Program-made: the position numbers and the translations under genes | Source of the DNA: Polyangiaceae bacterium | GTDB lineage: Bacteria; Myxococcota_A; Polyangia; Polyangiales; Polyangiaceae | Length of the DNA stretch: 64,000 nt | Direction of reading: 5' to 3' | Assembly (NCBI GenBank): GCA_033763455.1 | Contig: JANRKO010000033.1 | Location: 1-64,000 of the forward strand | Notes under the pieces: generated by a model | Told to the model about the DNA's origin: nothing | The model's database searches: none | The model's input: the letters and a program-made list of their open reading frames with translations, nothing else | Part shown: one piece after another, positions 27,062-37,417 of the stretch | Position numbering within the stretch: the first letter of the stretch is position 1 | Layout: the number at the start of each line of letters is the position of its first letter

Positions 27062-28134
27062 TGGCGGCTCGCAGAGTTAACGGAAAATGGTTCATCGACT
27101 TTCGATTTCAACATGCGGACGGCAGGGTGGAACGAATGCGCAAGCGTTCGCCCATTCAGTCCAGGGCTGGCGCCGAAGAGTTCGAGCGGCAACTCAGGGC
27201 GTCATTGATAGCGCCGGTTCGTTTAGCCAAGGAGGTACCTACATTTTCGACGTACGCTACAGATTTCTTAAAGACGTACGTTGCAACGAACAACAAGCCG
27301 TCCGAGCAGGCCGCAAAGGCGAGCATGCTCAAGCATCACCTCTTGCCAGCGTTCGGCGAGATGCGGCTCGATCACATCAAGACGCATTCCATCGAACAAT
27401 TCAAAGCGCAGCTTCTCAGCCTTGGCCTAGGCCGCAAGCGTGTGAACAACATTCTTGCCTGCCTCGGCAAGATGCTGCGCTATGCCCACGAGATAGAGCT
27501 CATCGAAACTGTGGCTCGGGTGAAATTGCTCAAGGTGCAGCCGCCCAAGTTCGATTTCCTCACGTTCGAGGAGTACCAGCGACTCATCGATGCGGTGAAA
27601 ATCGAGCCGGAACGCCGGGCGCTTCTTCTAGCGGGGGGCGACGCGGGGCTTCGACAAGGCGAGCTCATGGCGCTCCAATGGGGCGACGTGGATCTCGTGG
27701 CTGGCACGCTCACCGTACGGAGATCCTCGTGGCGCGGCATCCTCGGTACGCCCAAGAGTGGGCGGGAGCGAAAGATACCGTTAACGGCGCGGCTCTCAGC
27801 TGCGCTCAAGCGGCATCGGCACCTCAGGGGCGAGTTGGTCTTCTGCCACACGGACGGCAGCCCATTGACCCAATCAGCGATCGAGGCGGCGCTCAGGTTC
27901 GCGTGCAAGCGGGGTGGGCTCCGCCCCATCGGGTCTCACGTGCTCAGGCACACTTTCTGTTCTCACCTCGCCATGCGCGGTGCAGCACCGAAAGCCGTGC
28001 AAGAGCTAGCGGGACATTCGACGCTCACGATGACGCTCAGGTACATGCACTTGGCCCCGAGCGCCCTCTACGAAGCGATCGCACTTTTAAACTTTGGGCC
28101 ATATATGGGCAACGCCGAGAGTGCCTCGGCGTGA
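27061..28134 (+). CDS. Tyrosine integrase (phage-integrase family)
   Basis: GGAGG RBS + GTG; GLRQGEL, PKSG, HVLRH, AGH, LRYMH catalytic set; ends 28 nt from the tRNA 3' end. Confidence 0.96.
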   Translation: MAARRVNGKWFIDFRFQHADGRVERMRKRSPIQSRAGAEEFERQLRASLIAPVRLAKEVPTFSTYATDFLKTYVATNNKPSEQAAKASMLKHHLLPAFGEMRLDHIKTHSIEQFKAQLLSLGLGRKRVNNILACLGKMLRYAHEIELIETVARVKLLKVQPPKFDFLTFEEYQRLIDAVKIEPERRALLLAGGDAGLRQGELMALQWGDVDLVAGTLTVRRSSWRGILGTPKSGRERKIPLTARLSAALKRHRHLRGELVFCHTDGSPLTQSAIEAALRFACKRGGLRPIGSHVLRHTFCSHLAMRGAAPKAVQELAGHSTLTMTLRYMHLAPSALYEAIALLNFGPYMGNAESASA

Positions 28135-28162
28135 AGTGTTGAGAACTAATTAAGAATATCAG

Positions 28163-28249
28163 CGGAGAGGGAGGGATTCGAACCCTCGGTGCCCTTTCGA
28201 GCACACATGATTTCCAATCATGCACCTTCGGCCGCTCGGTCACCTCTCC
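28163..28249 (-). tRNA. tRNA-Ser(GGA), integration target; CCA not encoded
   Basis: GGAGAGG/CCTCTCC acceptor stem, CATGA-TTGGAAA-TCATG anticodon arm, long variable arm, GGTTCGAATCC. Confidence 0.96.
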
Positions 28250-28303
28250 TACAATGTTGGTCTAGTTTCTCGTTACTTGAAGCTCCTCGGTCGCTGCGGC
28301 TTG

Positions 28304-28390
28304 CGGAGAGAGTGGGATTCGAACCCACGGTACCCTCTCGAGTACACCTGATTTCGAATCAGGCACCTTCGGCCGCTCGGTCATCTCTCC
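28304..28390 (-). tRNA. tRNA-Ser(CGA); CCA not encoded
   Basis: GGAGAGA/TCTCTCC acceptor stem, CCTGA-TTCGAAA-TCAGG anticodon arm, long variable arm. Confidence 0.96.
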
Positions 28391-28529
28391 GGGGCGGACT
28401 CTGGCAGGGAGCTCCGATGCTGTCAACGCCATGGAATGGCTTATTTCCCGCCCGATCCCATCATTTCTTCCTGAAGGAGGTCCGGGCTGCCGATTGCAGG
28501 CGCCGAGATCTATCGCCATAGTCTCTCTC

Positions 28530-29642
28530 ATGCGAATGCTCGGACTCGGCGTAGTTTCCGCTCTCAGCTGCCTCCTCTCAGGCGCCCTAGCACGCGCGGA
28601 GGCTGCAGCTCCCGACGCCACCCCGCCCCTCGCGGAGAGTCCCCCGGCGGCGAGCAGTACCGAACCTGGGTCACCCGTACCTCCCACTGATGCAGGGGCT
28701 CCGGCCAAGGCCGCGCCTAAGAAACCGGGCGCACCCGGATCGCCCTCGGAAGTACAGCCAGCATCCGCATCGGCAGCTACGGATTCACAGCAACCTCCCG
28801 CCGCTTCGTTTCCTCCGGCAGCGCCACTCCCCGCTCCAGCACCCGCAGCCGCCCAACCTCCGCCCCCGCCGGCCCAAAACCAACCAGCGACAACAACCGG
28901 CAACGGCGTCAAAGTAGTCTCAGTCAATCCGTTTGCTCCTGCGGTGTCTTCCAACCAGGCTAACACCCCAGCTCCCGTCCAAGATACGCCAGAGCAGCCA
29001 AAAGACTTCATCCCGTTCAAGCTCGCCTACGGGATCGAAGGGGGCCTCGGCGCCAATGGCCGGATCGACGGCGGTCCCTCAGGTTTTGCGCAAAAGGATC
29101 GCTTTGATATCGCCCTCAGCTTAGGCGTGTGGTCTGAGCCCGATCGAACGTGGGCTTACGGCCTAGAATATGCCCGAACAGGCCTCGGGGGTGCGCGTTC
29201 CTTACCCACCGCCGAGAGCGTAACGGTAGCCTACGACCTGAACACCCTTTGGGCCAAAGCTCGCTACTTTGCCCTGCGTGAGACCAAATATCGAGGCTAC
29301 GCCGGGTTAGGCTTAGGGCTATCTATTGAGGAAGTGCGCGCGAATGGCACCCACCAGAGCTCCATGCCGTTCAACGTGCCGCCACAGGTTTTCGCCTGCT
29401 CAGCCGTTTCTCATCCGACTGTTTCACTCGGGGCCCAAGCCGGCATGAACGTGGATTTAGAGCAACACCTTGCGTTCCTGTTCCAAGTGGAAGCAGCCGC
29501 GCAGCCCATCACCGGGGATGTGGTGGGGGACTGTGCGGTTGCTAGTGGCTCCGTGCTCAACGCTGTGGCTCGCCTCGGCTTTGCCTACAAGTTTGACGCC
29601 GCAGATATCGACGAGCCCAAGGGCAACGTGGCGCGGCGCTAG
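28530..29642 (+). CDS. Probable outer-membrane beta-barrel protein with Pro/Ala-rich N-terminal linker
   Basis: Signal peptide; alternating beta-strands; ARLGFAYKF near the C-terminus. Confidence 0.65.
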   Translation: MRMLGLGVVSALSCLLSGALARAEAAAPDATPPLAESPPAASSTEPGSPVPPTDAGAPAKAAPKKPGAPGSPSEVQPASASAATDSQQPPAASFPPAAPLPAPAPAAAQPPPPPAQNQPATTTGNGVKVVSVNPFAPAVSSNQANTPAPVQDTPEQPKDFIPFKLAYGIEGGLGANGRIDGGPSGFAQKDRFDIALSLGVWSEPDRTWAYGLEYARTGLGGARSLPTAESVTVAYDLNTLWAKARYFALRETKYRGYAGLGLGLSIEEVRANGTHQSSMPFNVPPQVFACSAVSHPTVSLGAQAGMNVDLEQHLAFLFQVEAAAQPITGDVVGDCAVASGSVLNAVARLGFAYKFDAADIDEPKGNVARR

Positions 29643-29663
29643 GCCTCCTTAAGGACTCGCGCT

Positions 29664-31145
<1,482 letters not shown>

Positions 31146-31245
31146 TCAAGGCCGAGCTTTGGGGTCAAAGTGGAGGCGTAGCCGCCTTCCGAGCAAGGCT
31201 GTAAACAGGCGTCGGAGTCTGCCTTCGCCCTCGAGCGTCCCCACC

Positions 31246-32346
31246 ATGACCGCCCCGCCCCACCACCCGCTTCATCACCCGTCCACCGCGGACGCCGCGG
31301 CCCGCCCCCAAGGGGAGTCAGGCACATCCGGGGCGAGCCACTCAGACCATCATCACGACCACTCAGACCATCATCACGGCCACTCAGACCATCATCACGA
31401 CCACTCAGACCATCATCACGACCACTCAGACCATCATCACGACCACAAGTCTGCGCCACGCCAGGCACTCCAGCGCGCCTTCGCGCTCACGGCTACCTTT
31501 ATGCTCGCCGAGATGGCCGTGGGTTGGTGGTCGGGCAGCCTTGCACTCTTAGCTGACAGTGTGCACATGTTGTCCGATTCAGGCGCCCTCGGGCTCGCGC
31601 TTTTCGCCCAACATTGGGCGAGCAAGCCTCGCACGGCCAAGACAACGTTTGGCTTTCACCGAACCGAAGTGCTCGCGGCCTTCGTAAACGGCGTAACCTT
31701 GGCGTTCACTTCTGTGTGGATCGTGAAAGAGGCCGTAGATCGTTGGCTCCACCCGGCAGAAATCCACGGACCAGCAATGTTGGTGACGGCCACACTTGGC
31801 CTCGCGGTAAATATTCTCGCGGCGTTCATCTTAATGAGGGCTCAGCGCGATAGCATGAACGTGCGTGCGGCATTTGCCCACGTAGTGACCGACGCCGTCG
31901 GATCGGTGGGGGCGATGGTTGCTGGGATTTGCATTGTTTTCTTTGGCCTTTACCGCGCTGATCCCTTGCTGAGTGTCTTGATCGCGGGCCTCGTGGCCTA
32001 CAGCGGGTGGCGTGTATTGCGCGAGACTACGGCGATTCTGCTAGAGGGCGCCCCGCCGCATCTAGACGTGGGCAAGATTGCTCGCTCCATCTTGGCGTGC
32101 CCCGGTGTGAACGAGGTGCACGATCTACACGTCTGGCGCATCTCAGATCGCTTCGATGTGCTCACCGTCCACGTCACGCTCACGCGCGGTGCGCATGGTA
32201 CCGACGTGTGCCGGAACGTGTCGCTCCATTTAAAGGCCGCTTACGGACTGGACCACGTGACAGTGCAACCGGAGGCTCCCCCACCTGATCAGCTTGTTCA
32301 TGTCCGAGCCAGCCGCGACGGGCAGCCACTAGGCAAGCGTTTGTAG
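31246..32346 (+). CDS. Cation diffusion facilitator (CzcD/ZitB-like) with His-rich N-terminus
   Basis: SLALLADSVHMLSD, HVVTD, VHDLHVW, HVTVQPE. Confidence 0.95.
   Translation: MTAPPHHPLHHPSTADAAARPQGESGTSGASHSDHHHDHSDHHHGHSDHHHDHSDHHHDHSDHHHDHKSAPRQALQRAFALTATFMLAEMAVGWWSGSLALLADSVHMLSDSGALGLALFAQHWASKPRTAKTTFGFHRTEVLAAFVNGVTLAFTSVWIVKEAVDRWLHPAEIHGPAMLVTATLGLAVNILAAFILMRAQRDSMNVRAAFAHVVTDAVGSVGAMVAGICIVFFGLYRADPLLSVLIAGLVAYSGWRVLRETTAILLEGAPPHLDVGKIARSILACPGVNEVHDLHVWRISDRFDVLTVHVTLTRGAHGTDVCRNVSLHLKAAYGLDHVTVQPEAPPPDQLVHVRASRDGQPLGKRL
31339..31446 (+). repeat. 21-bp tandem repeat x5 encoding HSDHHH(D/G)
   Basis: CACTCAGACCATCATCACGAC units, one carrying an A>G change. Confidence 0.95.
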
Positions 32347-32511
32347 ACATTGAACAGGTTACGTTACACCTTCAAAGTTTGCGCGCGAGGAGACTATCCG
32401 TGCACGCCGCCCGTTAGCTGAAGCACCTTCCTCACCCAGCAACCGGCTGCTGCTGGACCCTCCCCCATGAGTGAGTTAACTACTGAGGCACTTTCTCGAA
32501 GTTGCTCATTC

Positions 32512-34446
32512 ATGAAAACGACCATTGCACTTAGCGCGCTCTTCACAAGTCTGCTTCTACCGAACCTCTCGCTGGCTGAAGGGCGTTTCAACGCTGAACC
32601 TTTCATCGGCAAAAAGCTGCGGCTCGACGGGCTCCCCCGGGAATGGCCTGGGAAAAATGTCGCGCTCGACGAGAAGCTCAAAGGAGATCCGGGCGAGCAC
32701 GAGGTGTCCGCCAAAATCGGCTACGACAAAAGCTATCTCTACATCACGCTCGACGCCGAAGACGCCAACCTTGTGCGCACGAAGGCCGCCGGCGATGGTG
32801 AAGACCACGCAACGCTTTACTTAGCCATTCCGTCGGCACGTGGCGGCTATACAAACCACACGCTCAGGCTCTATCCAGGCAAGGCCGGGGTAACGGCGGG
32901 CCTTGTTCGAGAAGGTACACAGGCGGTTCGTGGTGCAAAGCTGGTGGAAGCTGAGCACGACGAAGGGTTCACCTTCGAAGCGCAAATCCCCTGGGAACAA
33001 TTTCCGGAAACGAAGAACCTGCGAGTCGGGATGCGCGCCACCATCACGTATTCCGACGCGGATAAGGTTGGCCACGTGCGCTCCGTGGTGGGTGCGAGCA
33101 AAGCCAAGGCCGGGCAAGCCCTGCCACCGATGCCGCTAGAGAGTGAACAAGCGTTGTTCGAATCACTCGTGCGATCCAAAGGGCTGAATCCCAACCCGGC
33201 ACGCACGGCCTACGGAAATATCTCAGGTGGGCCGGCTCTCGAACAAGTCGCACTTTTCGGCAACTTTCTGAGCATCGTGGGGCCGGATTACCGCTTGGGA
33301 AAGCAGTTTTACTTTGCGGATCTCGGGCTCGGGAGCAAGGGGCGCGTCACACGGCTGGAGCTTCATGATTTTGACGGAGACGGTCGCGACGAGATCGTGC
33401 TCCAACGCCGGGTGGGTAGCGCGACGAAGTATCGAGAAGCCCTGCAAGTGATGACGATTTCACCTGATGATTCGCCCGTAACGAAGTTCGAATGCGAAGT
33501 GGGGATCCACGCAGACGACATGGAGCTCGACAACGAGGTGCAGATCATCGGGAACCCTGGAGCACGGCGCATCCGTATCTCGCAAGGCACAAGCAAGAAC
33601 GTTTCACCGGAAACCTGGAACCAAGCCCCGAGCACTGAGCTTTCAGTCCTCTTGCCGTGGGATACCGTAAAAAGCCGGACCTTTGGTTCTCGGGATGGGC
33701 AGATTGCCGAAGTGGGCAACGAAGCTTGGAAGCCCAAAATGGCAGGTCCTGCAACTGCTCGCCCCGCCGCAGCCCCCCCAGAAGCGGCGACTCCTCCCGT
33801 CGAGGCGCCACGCCCGCCCTCTTCCGAGGAGCTTCTGGACCGCGTCTACGGCTTGTACCGAAACGACCGCAAGGTGGGTCGCAAAAAGCCAAATTTCGAT
33901 TTTGTGGCCAATGTGGCGGGTGATGCTCGGCCCGAACGCGTCCTAGTTCACGGCTCAGATCTGGTGGTATTCGGCAAAGGATTTCTTGAGGGCAAAAGCT
34001 ACGCGTACATCACGATCGGGGTTGCGGATCCTAAAGATATTCTGTCCGTTACGGCACAGGATGTAACAGGAGATAAGATTGCCGAAGTTGTGGTGCGCGC
34101 TCAGCTTCAGGCGAAAGCCAGCAAGGCGCTCGGCGGCGACGTAGTGACGCGGGAGGCGCTCTTTGTGTATCGAATCACCGGAGGCAAGCTCGGAAGGATC
34201 TTTGGCGCGGAAACGGCTCGTTCGCTGGGCAAAGATCGCGTGGCCGGCAAGGTTTCGTTTGTTCAACAAGGCAAACGTGGCGTGATTCAACTGTTGCCAG
34301 GGCGCGCACAAGGTTGGACAGAAAAGACGTATCCGTTCCCCGAAGATCGCGGATCCGCAGGTGGCCTCGAACCCCTCTTGCTTCCGTGGGGAGAGCGCGA
34401 ATCCTTGCGTTATGTGTTCGATGGAGAACGTTTCACCTCGAACTGA
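32512..34446 (+). CDS. Secreted protein with CBM9/DOMON-like N-domain and FG-GAP-like Ca-binding motifs
   Basis: Signal peptide; LDG..REW, YDKSYLYI..D; DFDGDGRDEI, DVTGDKIAEV. Confidence 0.65.
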   Translation: MKTTIALSALFTSLLLPNLSLAEGRFNAEPFIGKKLRLDGLPREWPGKNVALDEKLKGDPGEHEVSAKIGYDKSYLYITLDAEDANLVRTKAAGDGEDHATLYLAIPSARGGYTNHTLRLYPGKAGVTAGLVREGTQAVRGAKLVEAEHDEGFTFEAQIPWEQFPETKNLRVGMRATITYSDADKVGHVRSVVGASKAKAGQALPPMPLESEQALFESLVRSKGLNPNPARTAYGNISGGPALEQVALFGNFLSIVGPDYRLGKQFYFADLGLGSKGRVTRLELHDFDGDGRDEIVLQRRVGSATKYREALQVMTISPDDSPVTKFECEVGIHADDMELDNEVQIIGNPGARRIRISQGTSKNVSPETWNQAPSTELSVLLPWDTVKSRTFGSRDGQIAEVGNEAWKPKMAGPATARPAAAPPEAATPPVEAPRPPSSEELLDRVYGLYRNDRKVGRKKPNFDFVANVAGDARPERVLVHGSDLVVFGKGFLEGKSYAYITIGVADPKDILSVTAQDVTGDKIAEVVVRAQLQAKASKALGGDVVTREALFVYRITGGKLGRIFGAETARSLGKDRVAGKVSFVQQGKRGVIQLLPGRAQGWTEKTYPFPEDRGSAGGLEPLLLPWGERESLRYVFDGERFTSN

Positions 34447-34503
34447 CCCGGTGCGCATCGGGGCCGCGCCTATGCAATTGGCAACTCCCGGGAATTACCC
34501 GAG

Positions 34504-35931
34504 CTAGTTGAGCACGGTAAGGCCCACGGCCGCCCAACCACCAGGTCTAATGGTGATGTCCCGTTGCTCCTTCTTCCCGCGCACCAGCATGGTGATGCGA
34601 TGCTTGCCGGGGGGAAGGCGAATGCGCGCGACGCTCATTCTAGCGGGTAAAGTAGACCAGCTGCGCGTGTCAGGCGTGTCTGCAGCCGTGAGTGCCGCTT
34701 GGGTACCGAGGCTGAGCAGAAGGGCAATGATGTTGTCATCCTTGGCACTTCGCCGAATCCCCTCGCCGACCACTACGCGCGTGATCATGCGTGTGATCGC
34801 CGCCCCTACTACCGCTCCTTTCACTTTGTCCCACGCGCGCCGCACTTCAAAATCGACGGCCGATAGTTGCTCAGAGGGCACCACCCGCCCATCCAACAGG
34901 ACTTCGGGGGCGTCGTATTGCCCACGCGCCCGGCCGAGCTCGGGGAAATTCACCCAAGTTACCAGGCCTTGCGCCGCCAAAGTGTTAGCCCGCTGTTGAT
35001 CATAAGGGCTGAGGGCGCCGCTTGCGTAAGTGAGGGCCAAACCGATCGGCACTCGCTTGGCTATTTTTCCGGGAACTCGACCATAATTTACGATAACCAA
35101 AAGCTCCGCCTCGCCCGTGCTTTCAGCTTCGGCGGGTGCCATTCCCGCCTTTCGAGCTCGCTCCGCCGCCTGGCGCAAACGTGGAGTTTGGTAGCCACTT
35201 TGGGCGCTGAGCCTCAGGATTGCCGGCTCAAGGCTTCGGTAATACGCGTAGCTCAAGGCCTCGTCGTAGTAACGCAAGGCTTCATCCGGCCGCCCGCTCT
35301 TCTCGAAGATGAACCCCGCCAGGTAGCTCCCCGGGCCGAGTAATGCCTCGGCAGGATCGCCCTTTTGGCTGAGGTACTTCTGCATGACGGCCAAACGCCG
35401 AGCTTCAATCCGACCGCCATTCAAATCGCCTCGCAGAAGGTAATTCTGCATGTTGATGGTGTTGATGAGCAGCTTCTCGTAGGCGGGAGCTTTATACGGC
35501 CCCGTGTCGTCAGAGAACATGTATTTTCCGACGTCATCTAGCGCGTTGCGTGAAAAATCGAGAGTTTGGATTTGCTTATCAGCCACCTCAAGATCACGAC
35601 TCGAAAGCTCATAGTTCCTGAGTTGCTGCAAGATCATCGAGCGATCCAAGATCAACAAGCTGTGTTCGCCGCTCACGTCTTTCGGGAGCGCTGCAGGCTT
35701 GTCTACATCAAGCTCATCATCGATTGCCGTGAGCGCTTGCTCTGGGCGCCCTGCATCGAGCGCCGTTTTGACCTTAGCCAGGCGCGCGGCATGATCGGCA
35801 CAACCCACCAAAGCCAACAGAGAGGCGAAGGTGAGAAAGCGCGTGAAGGCACGACACACGCAACTTGGCAGGGGTAAGCTGCGCATGAACGGCAGGTTAG
35901 AGCCCCGGTGACTGAGTTGGCTTTGGGCCAT
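34504..35931 (-). CDS. COG3014-like TPR lipoprotein (usual neighbour of LpoB-like genes)
   Basis: Lipobox LVGC; YEKLLIN..NYL, ARIEARR-like motif, PDTRSWSTLP. Confidence 0.8.
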   Translation of the reverse strand: MAQSQLSHRGSNLPFMRSLPLPSCVCRAFTRFLTFASLLALVGCADHAARLAKVKTALDAGRPEQALTAIDDELDVDKPAALPKDVSGEHSLLILDRSMILQQLRNYELSSRDLEVADKQIQTLDFSRNALDDVGKYMFSDDTGPYKAPAYEKLLINTINMQNYLLRGDLNGGRIEARRLAVMQKYLSQKGDPAEALLGPGSYLAGFIFEKSGRPDEALRYYDEALSYAYYRSLEPAILRLSAQSGYQTPRLRQAAERARKAGMAPAEAESTGEAELLVIVNYGRVPGKIAKRVPIGLALTYASGALSPYDQQRANTLAAQGLVTWVNFPELGRARGQYDAPEVLLDGRVVPSEQLSAVDFEVRRAWDKVKGAVVGAAITRMITRVVVGEGIRRSAKDDNIIALLLSLGTQAALTAADTPDTRSWSTLPARMSVARIRLPPGKHRITMLVRGKKEQRDITIRPGGWAAVGLTVLN

Positions 35932-35954
35932 GACTCATGCCTACGCAAAAATGC

Positions 35955-36563
35955 TTAGAGAATGGCTTTGGTAACCGTCGTTTTGTTCTGAAACAGAATG
36001 TCAGACGTCTCTACGTCCAAGACCTGAATGAACATGAAATATTGGACGCGCCGCTCACCATCTTGGCGTTCGTCGTTGTTGAACACCTTCCCCGTAACGA
36101 TGTAGCGAGCTCCGATCTGCTTGCCCAACTTGGTAGCGTTGGCAACATCAAACCCTTGAGCATTCTGCTGCTTGGCCTGCTGCATCAATGCCGGCTGGGA
36201 TTCCAAGCTGATCACGCGAACGTGGCCTGCGTTTACGAGAGTAGTCTCGATATCGCTGATAAGCGCATCCAGCGAGCTGTCGATGTGCTCGGAGGTTTCG
36301 TTGCGCAAAGGGAGCACGGCCACAGCTGGGCGACTTTCCCCTTCCCAACGCTTGATCACCGCCGCGCGCTCTAGCGCCTGCATGTTATCGTGCAGCATGC
36401 GATCTAGGTCCCGCTTGTCGAGACCGGTACCCATGGCTTGATCGTCGAGACCCGCCACGTTGTCTCCGCGAACCGCCTTGGGCCCACAACCGGACCCCAG
36501 AAGGGCCACTGCGAACAACAAAGAACCTACGAGCTTTGAAGGGGTACTACTGAGCGTCAGCAT
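35955..36563 (-). CDS. lpoB: LpoB-like penicillin-binding protein activator lipoprotein
   Basis: Lipobox GSGC; LRNETSEHID, GKQIGARY, LDVET..ILF. Confidence 0.8.
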   Translation of the reverse strand: MLTLSSTPSKLVGSLLFAVALLGSGCGPKAVRGDNVAGLDDQAMGTGLDKRDLDRMLHDNMQALERAAVIKRWEGESRPAVAVLPLRNETSEHIDSSLDALISDIETTLVNAGHVRVISLESQPALMQQAKQQNAQGFDVANATKLGKQIGARYIVTGKVFNNDERQDGERRVQYFMFIQVLDVETSDILFQNKTTVTKAIL

Positions 36564-36802
36564 GGTGTTCTTCCTATTCGTTCCGAGACTTACGGCCCAC
36601 ACGTGGAGCGCTTGGCCTCCGCCGCATGGGGGGTTTCTTAGCATTAGACGAACGTCCCGGACAGGTGAGCCAAAAGAACGCCTGCCAAAGCACCGCTCTG
36701 GCCGCTGGCCTATTTAGAGTTATTGAAAATGGCGCTGGCACGGGCGGGCTCCCAAGAGCCCCTTCATGTGCGGATCGATTCCCGTGCCGCTACCCGTAAG
36801 CC

Positions 36803-37390
36803 TTAGGCGCGAGCGCCTTCGCGCCGGACCGGAATGATCTGAACTCTTCGGTCGTCACCCTCACCGTCGCTCTTGGTGATGACTCCGTCGAACTTAGCCA
36901 GGGCCAAATGCACCACACGACGATCCCGAGGATTCATAGGTTCGAACGTGATGATCTTGCCCTCTTTGATCGCTTGGCTGCCAAGGCGCCGAGCCATGGT
37001 CGCGAGGGAATCGTCACGGCGGGAACGGTACCCTTCCGCGTCCACGAGCACGTGGCGCCGCTCTTCACCTGGCCGGTTGATCACGCGGTGGGTGAGAAAC
37101 TGTAAGGACTGAAGCACCTGGCCCTTCTTGCCAATGATGCGGCCAGAATCTTTGCCGGTGATCTCAAGGTAGATTTCACCTTCGGAGCCTTCGCGGGGGC
37201 GACGTAGGCGCACCCGACAGTCCATCTCCATTTCTCGCAACACATCCGTCACGAAATCGAGCGCAAGTTGCGCCCGATCGTCGGGTGCAGCGATGCCTTC
37301 GCTATCGGGACCGTCGTCCTCGGCAAAGTCGTCCTCCGCATCAGCTGCCTCGGCTCCCCACGTATCGTCTACTTCCGTATCGTCACTCAT
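36803..37390 (-). CDS. jag: Jag/EloR (KhpB) KH-R3H RNA-binding protein
   Basis: IIGKKGQVLQSLQ, PMNPRDRRVVH; follows yidC. Confidence 0.93.
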   Translation of the reverse strand: MSDDTEVDDTWGAEAADAEDDFAEDDGPDSEGIAAPDDRAQLALDFVTDVLREMEMDCRVRLRRPREGSEGEIYLEITGKDSGRIIGKKGQVLQSLQFLTHRVINRPGEERRHVLVDAEGYRSRRDDSLATMARRLGSQAIKEGKIITFEPMNPRDRRVVHLALAKFDGVITKSDGEGDDRRVQIIPVRREGARA

Positions 37391-37417
37391 CGTCTTGCCT
37401 TTCCTAAAACCTACCCC

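Larger units (their letters stand above)
12941..28187. mobile_element. ~15.2 kb tyrosine-integrase element integrated in tRNA-Ser(GGA)
   Basis: Direct att repeats; XRE-xis-int next to the tRNA; accessory cargo; no phage structural or conjugation genes recognised. Confidence 0.9.

Noticed and set aside
12941..28187. Prophage or ICE call
   Set aside because: No capsid, terminase, relaxase, T4SS or replication genes recognised
28262..29020. 252-aa minus-strand ORF and the many other antisense ORFs in the track
   Set aside because: Shadow frames of GC-rich genes or tRNAs, with no domain signal
31339..31446. CRISPR-like periodicity
   Set aside because: Contiguous in-frame repeats without spacers; no cas genes in the window
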